Source: a virus. From it: a stretch of DNA of 64,000 nucleotides. Of this stretch, positions 1-12,383 are shown one piece after another (position 1 is the first letter of the stretch; each line of letters starts with the position of its first letter). The DNA is taken from the IMG/VR virus record IMGVR_UViG_3300007512_000009, positions 62,211 through 126,210 of that record; one strand, written 5' to 3'. The translations under genes were made by a program, and so were the position numbers. A model generated the notes under the pieces. It was not told the DNA's origin. It was given only the letters and a program-made list of their open reading frames with translations, and searched no databases.

Positions 1-2
1 TT

Positions 3-866
3 AATCCACATTTTAAACCCCAAAAAGGTGAACAAGATATAATTGAAGACTTGACCGTAGAAACGATTAAAATTCACGGTCATGATTTTATATATTTACC
101 AAGAACACTAGTTAAAGAAGATGAATTGTTTGGTGAAGATGTACTATCTAAATTCACCAATGGGATAGAGTTGGAAATGTATATTGAATCTGTAGACGGA
201 TTTGAGGGCGAAGGTGATTTTATCTCTAAATTTGGTCTTGAAATTAGGGATTCGATGAGTTTGGTATTGTCTAAGAAAAGATTTACACAAGAGGTGACAC
301 CTGTAGTACCTACTGTTTTAACTCCTAGAGAGGGGGATTTGATTTATTTTCCCAAAACACAGGGTATTTTTGAAATCAAATTCGTAGAACATGAAAACCC
401 ATTCTACCAATTAAACAAACTATATACCTATAAACTTTCATGTGAGTTATTCCAATACAGTCAAGAAGATATCGATACTGGTTGGACAAATGTGGATAAA
501 ATTGAATCCGACAGGATGGATTTTGTCGTTGAATTAACTATGACTGGTGGTGTAACTGGTACGTTTGAAACTGGTGAATATATATTTGATAATGCAACGT
601 ATGCTACTTCAACCAACACCGCAGAAGTTATCAAATGGACATCTTCTACTAAGGTTATGCAAATTGCAGGTCAATCTGGTAATATCGGACTGGTTGGGGT
701 CACAGGACAATGTGGTGGATATGCAGTTGTCGGTTCTACAGCATCACCATCAACTACTACTGTCATCCCTACAGACACCTATTCCGATAATAGGGATTTC
801 CAAATTGAAGCAGATGATATATTTGACTTTACTGACCAAGACCCATTCTCAGAGGGTAATTATTAA
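3..866 (+). CDS. gp14: T4-like neck/head-completion protein gp14 (5' truncated by window edge)
   Basis: Frame open from base 3 (NPHFKPQKGEQDIIEDLTVETIKIHG); YLPR, IEMYIESVDGFEGEG, PREGDLIYFP, FEIKFVEHENPFYQL motifs; precedes gp15. Confidence 0.9.
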   Translation, partial: NPHFKPQKGEQDIIEDLTVETIKIHGHDFIYLPRTLVKEDELFGEDVLSKFTNGIELEMYIESVDGFEGEGDFISKFGLEIRDSMSLVLSKKRFTQEVTPVVPTVLTPREGDLIYFPKTQGIFEIKFVEHENPFYQLNKLYTYKLSCELFQYSQEDIDTGWTNVDKIESDRMDFVVELTMTGGVTGTFETGEYIFDNATYATSTNTAEVIKWTSSTKVMQIAGQSGNIGLVGVTGQCGGYAVVGSTASPSTTTVIPTDTYSDNRDFQIEADDIFDFTDQDPFSEGNY

Positions 867-1704
867 TGTTTGAGATTTTTTATAACAAAGCAGTAAGAAA
901 ACTCACAGTAGCAATGGGTTCTCTGTTCAACAATATTCATGTTGTAAGAACCGATGCTGATGGTGATATCACATCTCAAATTCGTGTACCCTTAGGTTAC
1001 GGGCCGAAAGAAAAATGGATTAGAAGACTTAGAGAATCCAACTCTCTTGCGGATGATACTAATGATGTAGAAATTACTTTACCGAGATTAAGTTTCGAAA
1101 TGAATAGTATCCATTATGACCCTGCTAGAAAGAAAAATACCATGCAAAAAAGATGGTATAGACACACCGATAATACTAAATTATATACAAACTACATAGA
1201 AGTACCCTATGATTTTGAGTTTAGTGTTACTGCTATGGTGAAATTTATGGAAGATGGGTTGTGTATTATGGAGCAAATTTTACCATATTTCACTCCTGAG
1301 TTTACTGTTACTATCAACTTTAATGACATTAATCAATCTGTTGATATCCCTATTATCCTTAACTCTGTAGAAGTGAATGAAGAATATGAAGGTGATTTTG
1401 ATGCACGAAGATTGATTACTTTTGACATGTCGTTCACAGCGAAATCCAACGTGTTTGGCCCAACAAAAACAAGCCAACCTATTCAAACAGCAATTGCTAC
1501 TATCTGGGAGCCAAATTCATTCTACCACGATGGTACATCTCTTGGTATGTCTGGTACAACTGCAGCCATGTCCAAACTTACTGTCGGTGTTACGGGACCA
1601 AGTGGTGCGTCTTCTGGTGTGGATACCTTCACTGGATTTACTGTGGGAACTAGAGTTTATGGTATGACTGGAGAAGATGGTATAAGTCTTGATGGAACTA
1701 ATTT

Positions 1705-1708
<4 letters not shown>
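866..1708 (+). CDS. gp15: Tail sheath stabilizer/completion protein gp15
   Basis: FYNKAVRK..GSLFNNI, VPLGYGPKEKW, TLPRLSFEM, EQILPYFTPEF motifs; synteny gp14-15-16-17. Confidence 0.92.
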
Positions 1709-3841
<2,133 letters not shown>

Positions 3842-3853
3842 AAAACTAAAGGG

Positions 3854-3861
3854 TATAAATA
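3854..3861 (+). promoter_or_regulatory. T4-type late promoter TATAAATA upstream of gp18
   Basis: Exact consensus in intergenic DNA; gp55 encoded in window. Confidence 0.85.
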
Positions 3862-3929
3862 TTCACATAAAAGTATACTTATTGGTTTATATTATAGACC
3901 ATAAACAAAGAATTAGAGGAGAATGAAGT

Positions 3930-5795
3930 ATGGCATTTCAAGTAAGCCCTGGCGTAGTAGTCAAGGAAGAAGACCTTTCCAGTTATATACCTGCGGTATC
4001 TTCAACCATAGCAGGTTTTGCGGGCCACTTTAGGTGGGGACCTGCGGGTGTAATAGTGACTGTAGACAGTGAAAATAACCTAAAACAGTTGTTTGGTAAA
4101 CCCACAGAAACAAATTATGAACAATGGTTTACGGCCGCAAACTTTTTGAATTATGGTAGTAATCTTAAAGTGGTAAGAACAGTTAATACTGATAGCACTG
4201 GTGCACATGCCGCCAACGCATCGGGACCATCAGGGGCTGCTTCTTCGGGGGCTGTCAAACTCACAACTAGCACATCCAACGTTGAAGCATCCAAAACCAC
4301 AGCAGGTGGTTCTGGTGGTCAACAATGGCAAGCAAAATATCCTGGCTCAATGGGCGACTCTTTGAAAGTTGTCTGGTGGGACGGTGGTCACTCTGGCCCT
4401 GCAGGTTCAACACAAGCACCACCACTTGCACATCTTGGTGTATCAGCAGGTGCTTATAAAAACTGGACATATGTGGATTATTTCACTACTAACATGCCTT
4501 TTACAACTGGTTGGGCAAACACCTTAACTGGTAGCGACACTGTTTATGATGGTGTAAATATCGCAATTATAGATGAAGATGGTGAATTCACTGGTACTAA
4601 AGGTACTGTTGTCGAAACATTTAATGCTGTATCAAAGGCAAGTAATGCCAGAAATGCAGACAATACAAGCAACTACTATTTAGATGTAATCAATAATACA
4701 TCAAAATATGTCTGGTCATTAGCACATCCTTATGAGGCAACACCAAACGTTAACGCAGACCAAGGTGTTTCTGGTGGTTCACAAAACTGGGGTACAGACC
4801 TAACTGTTAGTGGTGGTACTTACGATGTACTTTACACGGGTGCTACCTCAGGTGCTCAATTCAGTCTAGCAGGCGGTTCTGGTGAAACAACTGGTACAGT
4901 TGGTGCAGGAAGTGGTAGCACAATGGACTTCGGTCTTTTCTATGACACAGAAACAGTTGATGTTAGTGTTTTACTAGGTGGCCCTGCTAATAATACTCTT
5001 GCAGGTCAACTAGTTGATTTAGCAGATACTAGAAAGGACTGTGTGGTGTTCCTTTCACCAGAAAAGGCAGACACGATTTCAGGTAGTACACCACTCGATG
5101 AATCAACCGCAGAAACTAACGTTCTCGATTTCAGAAACGCACAACTAAACAAGAATAGTTCTTATGCATTCCTCGATTCTGGTTGGAAGTACATGTACGA
5201 CCGTTATAACGATAAATATCGATGGGTGCCGCTATGTGCTGATACTGCAGGTCTTGCGGTACGTTCTGATGAAGAAACAGAAACGTGGTTCTCGCCTGCG
5301 GGATTCAACCGTGGTCAACTACGAAATGTAGTTAAACTATCATGGAATCCACGTAAAGCACATCGTGACAATCTTTATCAAGACCAAGTTAACCCAGTAG
5401 TTTCCTTCCCTGGCGAAGGTACAGTGTTATGGGGTGACAAAACACTTCTGACTAAACCAAGTGCGTTCGACCGATTGAATGTCAGAAGGTTGTTCATTGT
5501 CCTTGAAAAAGCAATATCAACAGCATCCAAATACCAAATCTTTGAACAAAACGACGAATTTACTCGTTCTAACTTCAAGGGTATGATTGAACCATTCCTT
5601 CGGGATGTTCAATCGAGAAGGGGTTTATCTGACTTCAAGGTAATCTGTGATGATACTAATAACACATCAGCAGTGGTAGATAGGAATGAATTTGTCGCTG
5701 ACATCTTCATTAAGCCTATTAAATCTATTAACTACATCACTTTGACATTTGTTGCGACTTCACAAGGTGTAGATTTCACAGAGATAGGTTCATAA
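3930..5795 (+). CDS. gp18: Tail sheath protein gp18
   Basis: MAFQVSPGVVVKEED, WFSPAGFNRG, SAFDRLNVRRLF, IFIKPIKSINYITLTF. Confidence 0.97.
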   Translation: MAFQVSPGVVVKEEDLSSYIPAVSSTIAGFAGHFRWGPAGVIVTVDSENNLKQLFGKPTETNYEQWFTAANFLNYGSNLKVVRTVNTDSTGAHAANASGPSGAASSGAVKLTTSTSNVEASKTTAGGSGGQQWQAKYPGSMGDSLKVVWWDGGHSGPAGSTQAPPLAHLGVSAGAYKNWTYVDYFTTNMPFTTGWANTLTGSDTVYDGVNIAIIDEDGEFTGTKGTVVETFNAVSKASNARNADNTSNYYLDVINNTSKYVWSLAHPYEATPNVNADQGVSGGSQNWGTDLTVSGGTYDVLYTGATSGAQFSLAGGSGETTGTVGAGSGSTMDFGLFYDTETVDVSVLLGGPANNTLAGQLVDLADTRKDCVVFLSPEKADTISGSTPLDESTAETNVLDFRNAQLNKNSSYAFLDSGWKYMYDRYNDKYRWVPLCADTAGLAVRSDEETETWFSPAGFNRGQLRNVVKLSWNPRKAHRDNLYQDQVNPVVSFPGEGTVLWGDKTLLTKPSAFDRLNVRRLFIVLEKAISTASKYQIFEQNDEFTRSNFKGMIEPFLRDVQSRRGLSDFKVICDDTNNTSAVVDRNEFVADIFIKPIKSINYITLTFVATSQGVDFTEIGS

Positions 5796-5801
5796 AGTTA
5801 A

Positions 5802-5809
5802 TATAAATA
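5802..5809 (+). promoter_or_regulatory. Late promoter TATAAATA upstream of gp19
   Basis: Exact consensus followed by AGGAG RBS. Confidence 0.85.
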
Positions 5810-5829
5810 ATTCTAGGAGAACACAATAA

Positions 5830-6387
5830 ATGCGTATAGATGACTTTAAAAATGCACTAGCAAAAGGTGGTGTAAGAGCAAATCTCTTTAGGGTGATGGG
5901 TAATATTGGGAATACAACTTTACCAAATAAAATAGGATTCCTATGCAAGGCGGCTTCTTTACCTGCATCTACTATCACACCAATCGAGGTCCCTTATAGA
6001 GGACGAAAATTGAAATTACCTGGCGACAGGGAGTATGCTGAATGGACACTAACATTTATCAGTGATGGTGATTTTGAACTTCGTAATGCATTTGAAAAAT
6101 GGATGGACGACCTAAACAAAACAGTCGATAATGTTTCAACTGAACCTTTAAACCTTAAGGGCCCGTTATTCCCAGACTGGAATATAGACCAACTAGACAG
6201 AACTGGAGAACCGATTAAATCATATAGGTTCTTCTCCTGTTGGCCTTCGGAAGTAAGTGCAATTGATGTTACTTATGATAGTACAGACTTAGTAGAGTTT
6301 ACAGTTACACTACAGTACGTATACTTTATTACTCAAGACACCGATGAGAGTGTGGAAACAGGTATTGCAGCCTCGCCTGGCAGTTAA
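5830..6387 (+). CDS. gp19: Tail tube protein gp19
   Basis: GGVRANLF, FLCKAASLP, VPYRGRKLKLPGDREYAEW. Confidence 0.95.
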   Translation: MRIDDFKNALAKGGVRANLFRVMGNIGNTTLPNKIGFLCKAASLPASTITPIEVPYRGRKLKLPGDREYAEWTLTFISDGDFELRNAFEKWMDDLNKTVDNVSTEPLNLKGPLFPDWNIDQLDRTGEPIKSYRFFSCWPSEVSAIDVTYDSTDLVEFTVTLQYVYFITQDTDESVETGIAASPGS

Positions 6388-6459
6388 TAACATGATATAT
6401 TGTTATGGTTGGGTAATTAAAATAAATACTTATTTTTGTTATAGAAAGGAAGTTTAATT

Positions 6460-7980
6460 ATGCCAATTGAGTTATTCGGTTTTAGTATCGGAAGAAAGAA
6501 TCAAAAGTCTGAAGAAGACAAAAGGAACGAATTAAAATCCTTTGTTAAGCCTGAACAAGAAGATGGTTCTACAATCATTGATTCTGGTGCGGGACATTTT
6601 GGTACATATATCGATTTTAATAATGAAGTAAAATCGGAAATCGAATTTATTAACAGGTATAGGGAAATGGCATTACATCCAGAAGTGGAAGGTGCTGTCG
6701 AAGACATCGTTAACGAATCAATTGTTTATGACCGTGAAAAGAAAAGCGTTGAGTTATCATTGGAACAAGTGGATTTGTCAGATAACATTAAAGACAAAAT
6801 CCATGAAGAATATGACTATCTTTATAATCTTTTAAATTTTCCTAATAAAGGTTTCGAAATATTTAGGAGATGGTTTATTGATGGTAAAATTTACTACCAT
6901 ATGGTTGTCGATTCAAAGAGCCCTAAAAAGGGTATTTTAGATATTAGATATGTAGACCCTACTCTTATTAAAAAGGTTATTGAATTAGAAAAGGGTCTGG
7001 ACAACCAACAGGGTAAGAATGCCTCTGAGCAAGTAGAAATTGTCAAAAAGGCAGAAGAATACTTCATTTATAAAGAGAAACCAGAACAATCTACTGGTAT
7101 CAAAATCGCTCCAGAAGCGGTATGTTATACAACTTCAGGTTTATATGATGCAAGCAATAGAAAAGTTATTAGTTACCTTCATAAGGCAATTAAACCTTTA
7201 AACCAACTTCGTATGATTGAGGATGCTGTAGTTATTTATCGGATATCACGTGCTCCTGAAAGAAGAATTTTCTATATTGATGTTGGTAAACTCCCTAAGA
7301 CAAAAGCAGAACAATATGTTCGCTCAATAATGAATAAATATAGAAATAAACTGGTATATGATGCCAGTACAGGCGCTATTCGTGATGATAAAAAACATAT
7401 GAATATGCTTGAAGATTTCTGGTTGCCTAGACAGGAAGGTGGTAGAGGAACTGAGATTTCAACCTTAGATGGTGGACAAAATCTGGGTGAAATGGATGAT
7501 GTTATATACTTCCAAAAGAAACTATATCAAGCATTAAATGTTCCTAGAACACGATTAGAGTTGGGTGAACAGTTTAATATGGGACGAGCATCAGAAATCA
7601 CTCGTGACGAAGTTAAATTTATGAAATATATTGATAGACTCCGTAACAAGTTCTGTGAAATATTTAAAACAATGCTCAAAACTCAATGCTTACTAAAAGG
7701 TATTATGACTGACCAAGACTGGGAAAAAATATTTGTTGACATTTCCTTTGATTTCATTCGTGATAATCATTTTTCAGAATTGAAAGACTATGAAATTATT
7801 ACTGAAAGAATGAATATTCTTCGTGATGTTAATGACTACATTGGTAAATATTATTCTGTAGAATGGGTAAGAAAGAACATCTTGCAACAATCTGAAGAAG
7901 AAATGAAAGACCTAGATAAAGAGATAGCAAAGGAAAGGGAAGACGGTATAATTACTGACGACAGTAATGAAGGATATTAA
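6460..7980 (+). CDS. gp20: Portal protein gp20
   Basis: ELFGFSI, YRISRAPERRIFYIDVG, EDFWLPRQEGGRGTEISTL. Confidence 0.97.
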   Translation: MPIELFGFSIGRKNQKSEEDKRNELKSFVKPEQEDGSTIIDSGAGHFGTYIDFNNEVKSEIEFINRYREMALHPEVEGAVEDIVNESIVYDREKKSVELSLEQVDLSDNIKDKIHEEYDYLYNLLNFPNKGFEIFRRWFIDGKIYYHMVVDSKSPKKGILDIRYVDPTLIKKVIELEKGLDNQQGKNASEQVEIVKKAEEYFIYKEKPEQSTGIKIAPEAVCYTTSGLYDASNRKVISYLHKAIKPLNQLRMIEDAVVIYRISRAPERRIFYIDVGKLPKTKAEQYVRSIMNKYRNKLVYDASTGAIRDDKKHMNMLEDFWLPRQEGGRGTEISTLDGGQNLGEMDDVIYFQKKLYQALNVPRTRLELGEQFNMGRASEITRDEVKFMKYIDRLRNKFCEIFKTMLKTQCLLKGIMTDQDWEKIFVDISFDFIRDNHFSELKDYEIITERMNILRDVNDYIGKYYSVEWVRKNILQQSEEEMKDLDKEIAKEREDGIITDDSNEGY

Positions 7981-7984
7981 CTAA

Positions 7985-9409
7985 ATGTTTAACAGCAAAG
8001 ACATTATAGAAGCATTATCAAATAAAGAGTTTTCTATAGCAGAAAACATCGCTAAAAAAAGTCTTGCTGAGGTATCTTTGTCGTACATTGGACATATTAA
8101 AAATACCACAGCAAAAACTTCTGTAACAGAAGCAGAAGAACCACCAGATAAAGAAGATGTACAAGGTACTGAAGAAGACCCAATTCTTGACCCTGCACTT
8201 GACCGTGAGTATTTTTTGAAATCTTTTGAAGAAGATGGTGTACTAATCACAATAAAAACTATAGGTGTTGGTAAAAATAAACCAGTATCCGTTTATTTTG
8301 ATGATGTTAGATGGGAGATGTTCCCCGGCCCAATTAATGCTGAAAAGCATGCAAAAGAATTTATCAAAAGCAAGCAATATGACCTATGGAGAGGACGAAA
8401 AGGACTAAAAGACATTGAATCCTCGGAAGAAGAAAATAAAGTTGAGGTAAAAGAATCCGTAAATTTTCTCGAAGCGATTGACATGACTGTTGGTGGTAAA
8501 ACTTTTACCGTGTCAATCGCTAATACACCAGAATCACTACAGAAAGGTTTGATGCACGAAAAATCGATGGATAGTAATAAAGGTGTCCTTCTGGTTTTTG
8601 ATGAATCAGCACAACATGGTATTTGGATGAAGAATACTCATATTCCTTTAGATGTTATATGGGTTACCGAGTCAGGAACAGTCGTTGAAGTTCAAAGATT
8701 AGAGCCCTACGATGAAGAAATCAAATATCCTCATACACCTGCAAGATACGTACTTGAGTTGAATGCAGGTGAGTTTACTGGTAAAATAGGTGACCAGATA
8801 AAACTTGAAGACCAAATGGTAAATGAGATTACCATTCAGGGTCGGAGAAACATTGCAAGGGCCTCAAGAAAAACTGCAAAACGCCGTGCTGTTAGTGCAA
8901 AAAGAAAAAAGAGGCGACGGAAAACCAAAGAAGAATTAATGACCAAGGCTAGAAAAATGGCTAGGGATAAAATTAAGAAGAAATTTCTTAAAGGTAGAAA
9001 TGAAAATGAATTAAGTTTTGCTGCCAGAGAAACCCTTGAAAAGAAAGTTAATACAATGAAGGGTAAAATTGAAAAAATTGCTAATAAAATGTTTGTTGTT
9101 GCTAAAAAACAAGAAGCAGAAAGACTTAAAGCAATGCAAGGTAGCAAAAAAGATGAATCCGTTTTGAATACCCTTACTAAAATGGTTGAATCCCAAAAAC
9201 CATCTACTATTATTTTCGATGATGGCGATTCGTTAAAAATAAAACCAGAGATAGCAGGGGTGGTTTTAGCAATTCACGAGGCACTAAATAAAAGAAATAG
9301 GATTAAACTTGAAAAGATGATAAATAAAAATAGTTCTGGGTTCAAGGAAGTCATTGAGTTTTCTTATCAGAATTCGATTAGTAATAAAAAAATAGGACAA
9401 AAACTATGA
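7985..9409 (+). CDS. Multi-domain prohead-core-region protein (gp67/gp68-like position) with internal DUF192-like domain and basic helical domain
   Basis: Between gp20 and gp21; residues ~165-274 carry DUF192 motifs (ANTPESLQKGLM, WMKNTHIPLDVIW, ARYVLELNAG); then an R/K-rich segment. Confidence 0.65.
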   Translation: MFNSKDIIEALSNKEFSIAENIAKKSLAEVSLSYIGHIKNTTAKTSVTEAEEPPDKEDVQGTEEDPILDPALDREYFLKSFEEDGVLITIKTIGVGKNKPVSVYFDDVRWEMFPGPINAEKHAKEFIKSKQYDLWRGRKGLKDIESSEEENKVEVKESVNFLEAIDMTVGGKTFTVSIANTPESLQKGLMHEKSMDSNKGVLLVFDESAQHGIWMKNTHIPLDVIWVTESGTVVEVQRLEPYDEEIKYPHTPARYVLELNAGEFTGKIGDQIKLEDQMVNEITIQGRRNIARASRKTAKRRAVSAKRKKRRRKTKEELMTKARKMARDKIKKKFLKGRNENELSFAARETLEKKVNTMKGKIEKIANKMFVVAKKQEAERLKAMQGSKKDESVLNTLTKMVESQKPSTIIFDDGDSLKIKPEIAGVVLAIHEALNKRNRIKLEKMINKNSSGFKEVIEFSYQNSISNKKIGQKL

Positions 9410-9762
9410 GTGCTAAATTAATTATAGAAAATCTGCTTAATGATGACGCATATGGCGCCAAAAATAATATAGAAAATATACTATATACGAAAACTGGGGA
9501 GTCTATTAGTAGATTTACACCTAATTCAGTATCAAATAGTTTTAATACAGAAAATGCTGTACCTGTCTTGGGTGAAGCAGAACAAAGCCCTGAACAAAAA
9601 GCGTACCGAGCGTTATTTGACCGAATTTTAGCAAAATATGGTGTTGACAGTCCTAATGACTTAGAAGACAGTAAGAAAGATGATTTCTTTAACGAAGTAG
9701 AAAAAGCATGGAAAAAAGACCCCGCCAACGACAACGAAGGTGAGGGAGAGGAAGACGATTAA
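9406..9762 (+). CDS. Prohead core-like small protein
   Basis: Position; C-terminal YRALFDRILAKYGVDSP..FFNEVEKAW resembles conserved small head-region proteins of aquatic T4-likes. Confidence 0.55.
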   Translation: MSAKLIIENLLNDDAYGAKNNIENILYTKTGESISRFTPNSVSNSFNTENAVPVLGEAEQSPEQKAYRALFDRILAKYGVDSPNDLEDSKKDDFFNEVEKAWKKDPANDNEGEGEEDD

Positions 9763-9765
9763 CCA

Positions 9766-10410
9766 ATGAACATTCAAAATAGACATTTTTTAAGTAAAAT
9801 AAACGGTATTGGTTACAATAATAACAACATTGCTGAAGATGGCGGTGATGGAGATGATGGTCATAATCAACTTATTGAATCAATGATGGTTATGTTAAAT
9901 GAAAAACAATCAAACCAACCTCTTCGTACATATCCAATACTTAATCCTGATGGTTTAAGTCAACGTGAAATTCAGAAAAGATATCATGATGACCCAGCCG
10001 GCAAGGAGGCCTGGGAGAGGAGACGCCAACGATTAAATAAAGAACTGGAAGATTTGGGGATTGACCCAATTGCTAACCCAATTGGAGAAAATAACCAATT
10101 GGGTATGACTAAACAAGCAGGTTCGATGTTTCCAAGTGGTCAAATGTCAAAGGTTCTTGCTGAGCAATTACCATTATCACCACAAATGGCCGGACCAAGT
10201 GGAAGACCTGGCACTCACGCATCCAAAAGTATACGACCTATGGGAACAGGTGTCGGTAATGACCCACCACCTAGTTCAGACCAACAAAGATTAGATGAAT
10301 TGTTAGCGGGATGGGCGGACAACCCTAATGCCATGGCAGACCTACTTGCTCTTCTAGGTCAGTGGGGGGCCAATAGCCCTGCACCAAACTTGTCTAATTT
10401 ACCAATATAA
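9766..10410 (+). CDS. Low-complexity G/P/N-rich protein, possible internal head protein
   Basis: 214-aa ORF in the head operon just upstream of gp21. Confidence 0.5.
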   Translation: MNIQNRHFLSKINGIGYNNNNIAEDGGDGDDGHNQLIESMMVMLNEKQSNQPLRTYPILNPDGLSQREIQKRYHDDPAGKEAWERRRQRLNKELEDLGIDPIANPIGENNQLGMTKQAGSMFPSGQMSKVLAEQLPLSPQMAGPSGRPGTHASKSIRPMGTGVGNDPPPSSDQQRLDELLAGWADNPNAMADLLALLGQWGANSPAPNLSNLPI

Positions 10411-10425
10411 CACTAAAGGGCAACA

Positions 10426-11079
10426 ATGTTTTTAATAACAGAAACAAATTTAGACAACGTTAAACTTCTTAAAGAAGCCCGTGAAGATGGTACTCCAGAT
10501 TACTTCATTGAGGGTATTTTCATGCAGTCTGAAAAGAAGAACAAGAACGGACGTAATTACCCTAAAAACATCCTAATGAAGGAAGTAAAGCGTTACAACA
10601 AAGAGTACGTGAATAACAAACGTGCTTTAGGTGAACTCGGTCATCCAGAGGGACCAACCGTCAATTTAGACCGTGTATCTCACATGATTACTGAACTTTA
10701 TGAAGATGGTAATGACGTTTATGGTCGTGCTAAAATTATGGATACCCCTATGGGTAAAATCGTAAAGAATCTCATCGATGAAGGTGCAAATATTGGTGTA
10801 TCTTCAAGAGGTATGGGTTCATTAAAGAAAAACAATAAGGGTATTAACGAAGTCCAAGATGACTTTATGCTGTCTGCAGTTGACATCGTTTCAGACCCTT
10901 CTGCACCAGATGCCTATGTAAATGGTATCATGGAAGGTAAGGAATGGGTTTGGGATAATGGAATTCTAAAAGCCCAAGATGTCGAACGTCATAAAAAACT
11001 AGTTGAAGACGCTACTTCTAAGAAAGATAGAGAAGATAGAATCTTATATGCGTTCGTTGATTTTTTGTCAAAGGTGTGA
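10426..11079 (+). CDS. gp21: Prohead protease gp21
   Basis: FIEGIFMQSE, RALGELGHP, GVSSRGMGS, DIVSDPSAPDAYV. Confidence 0.97.
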   Translation: MFLITETNLDNVKLLKEAREDGTPDYFIEGIFMQSEKKNKNGRNYPKNILMKEVKRYNKEYVNNKRALGELGHPEGPTVNLDRVSHMITELYEDGNDVYGRAKIMDTPMGKIVKNLIDEGANIGVSSRGMGSLKKNNKGINEVQDDFMLSAVDIVSDPSAPDAYVNGIMEGKEWVWDNGILKAQDVERHKKLVEDATSKKDREDRILYAFVDFLSKV

Positions 11080-11083
11080 TTTT

Positions 11084-11091
11084 TATACATA
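11084..11091 (+). promoter_or_regulatory. Late promoter variant TATACATA upstream of gp22
   Basis: One mismatch from TATAAATA; recurs in four intergenic regions. Confidence 0.65.
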
Positions 11092-11162
11092 CTAGTGTAT
11101 ATAGAATGTGTATCAATAACACGAAGATGCCTGTAAAATAGGATTAAGAGGAGATATCAATA

Positions 11163-12299
11163 ATGTCCAATCGTAAAAAAGACCCAGTTACCCTTGCAAG
11201 AGAAATTCTTGAAGGTAAGGGTAAAAAAGTTGAAATAGATGAGGGTCTTAAGAAGGCGCTCAAAGCCGCTTTAGAAAATAAACAAGAAGAGTTTGATTAC
11301 GAAGGTAAAATTTATAACGTATCAGACTTCGATGTTGATGAAGCACATGAAGTAATTTATGATGCCGAAAAAGATTCAGGTGGAGAAACAGTTCCTGCTC
11401 CTGAAACTAAGAAGGCACAACAAGCACCCAATGCTAAGAAAAATGTACCAAAACCATCTGATGCGGACGACGAAGATGTAGACGATGCTAAGAAAGTTAA
11501 AGGTCAACCTCAAAAAGAAGGCGTTAAACTTGATATCTATTCAGCAATAGGTAATATTGAAGAATCAGATGATATGGTTGCTTTATTTAGCGGTGAAGAT
11601 GGTTTGTCAGAAAGTTTTAAAAATAAAGCAAGAACAATCTTTGAAGTTGCTGTAAAAGCAAAAGTTAAAGATATTGCTGAAGAACTTGAAAACCAAGCAA
11701 ACTCAAGAATTTCTGAAATCACAGAAGAAGATAAATCAGATTTAACTGATTCACTCGATGACTACCTATCATACGTAGTAGAAGAATGGGTTAAAGAAAA
11801 TCAAGTAGCACTTGACCGTGGTATTAAATCAGATATTGCTGAAAGTTTCATGATGGGTCTTAAGAACCTATTTGAAGCACATTACATCGATATGCCAGAT
11901 GAGAAATTCGATGTAGTTAAGAATCTAGAAGAAAAAGTCGTCACACTTGAAAGCAAGGTGAACGAAGAAATTCAAAGAAATGTTGAACTTAAGAAAGAAC
12001 TTAGCAACGCTTCAGTTTCAGAAACATTTACTGAAGTTGCCGAGGGACTTGTTGATACTCAAGCAGAAAAACTGCAAAAACTTGCAGAAGGTCTTGAATA
12101 TGACACAGTTGAACAATTTAGAGATAAACTAGAACTTCTTAAAGAGTCATATTTTGGAAGAAATACCTCTTCAAGCGTTAATGTTTTAAACGAGGTAGAC
12201 ACCCGACTAGAAGGTGAAAAAGAACCCAAATTTGTTACACCAGATATGAAACGGTATTCACAATACATGAAAAGAGAAGCACAACATAACACGTTTTAA
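11163..12299 (+). CDS. gp22: Prohead core scaffold gp22
   Basis: Acidic; FKNKARTIFEVAV, LDDYLSYVVEEW, GIKSDIAESFM, LKESYF. Confidence 0.95.
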   Translation: MSNRKKDPVTLAREILEGKGKKVEIDEGLKKALKAALENKQEEFDYEGKIYNVSDFDVDEAHEVIYDAEKDSGGETVPAPETKKAQQAPNAKKNVPKPSDADDEDVDDAKKVKGQPQKEGVKLDIYSAIGNIEESDDMVALFSGEDGLSESFKNKARTIFEVAVKAKVKDIAEELENQANSRISEITEEDKSDLTDSLDDYLSYVVEEWVKENQVALDRGIKSDIAESFMMGLKNLFEAHYIDMPDEKFDVVKNLEEKVVTLESKVNEEIQRNVELKKELSNASVSETFTEVAEGLVDTQAEKLQKLAEGLEYDTVEQFRDKLELLKESYFGRNTSSSVNVLNEVDTRLEGEKEPKFVTPDMKRYSQYMKREAQHNTF

Positions 12300-12329
12300 T
12301 TGTTAATGGCTTTTCAGAAATTTTTTTGT

Positions 12330-12337
12330 TATACATA
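12330..12337 (+). promoter_or_regulatory. Late promoter variant TATACATA upstream of gp23
   Basis: Intergenic, upstream of GAGGAG RBS of the capsid gene. Confidence 0.65.
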
Positions 12338-12383
12338 AATTAGTAGATTAAAAAACTTAATATCAAAAGAGGAGATATTTTAA

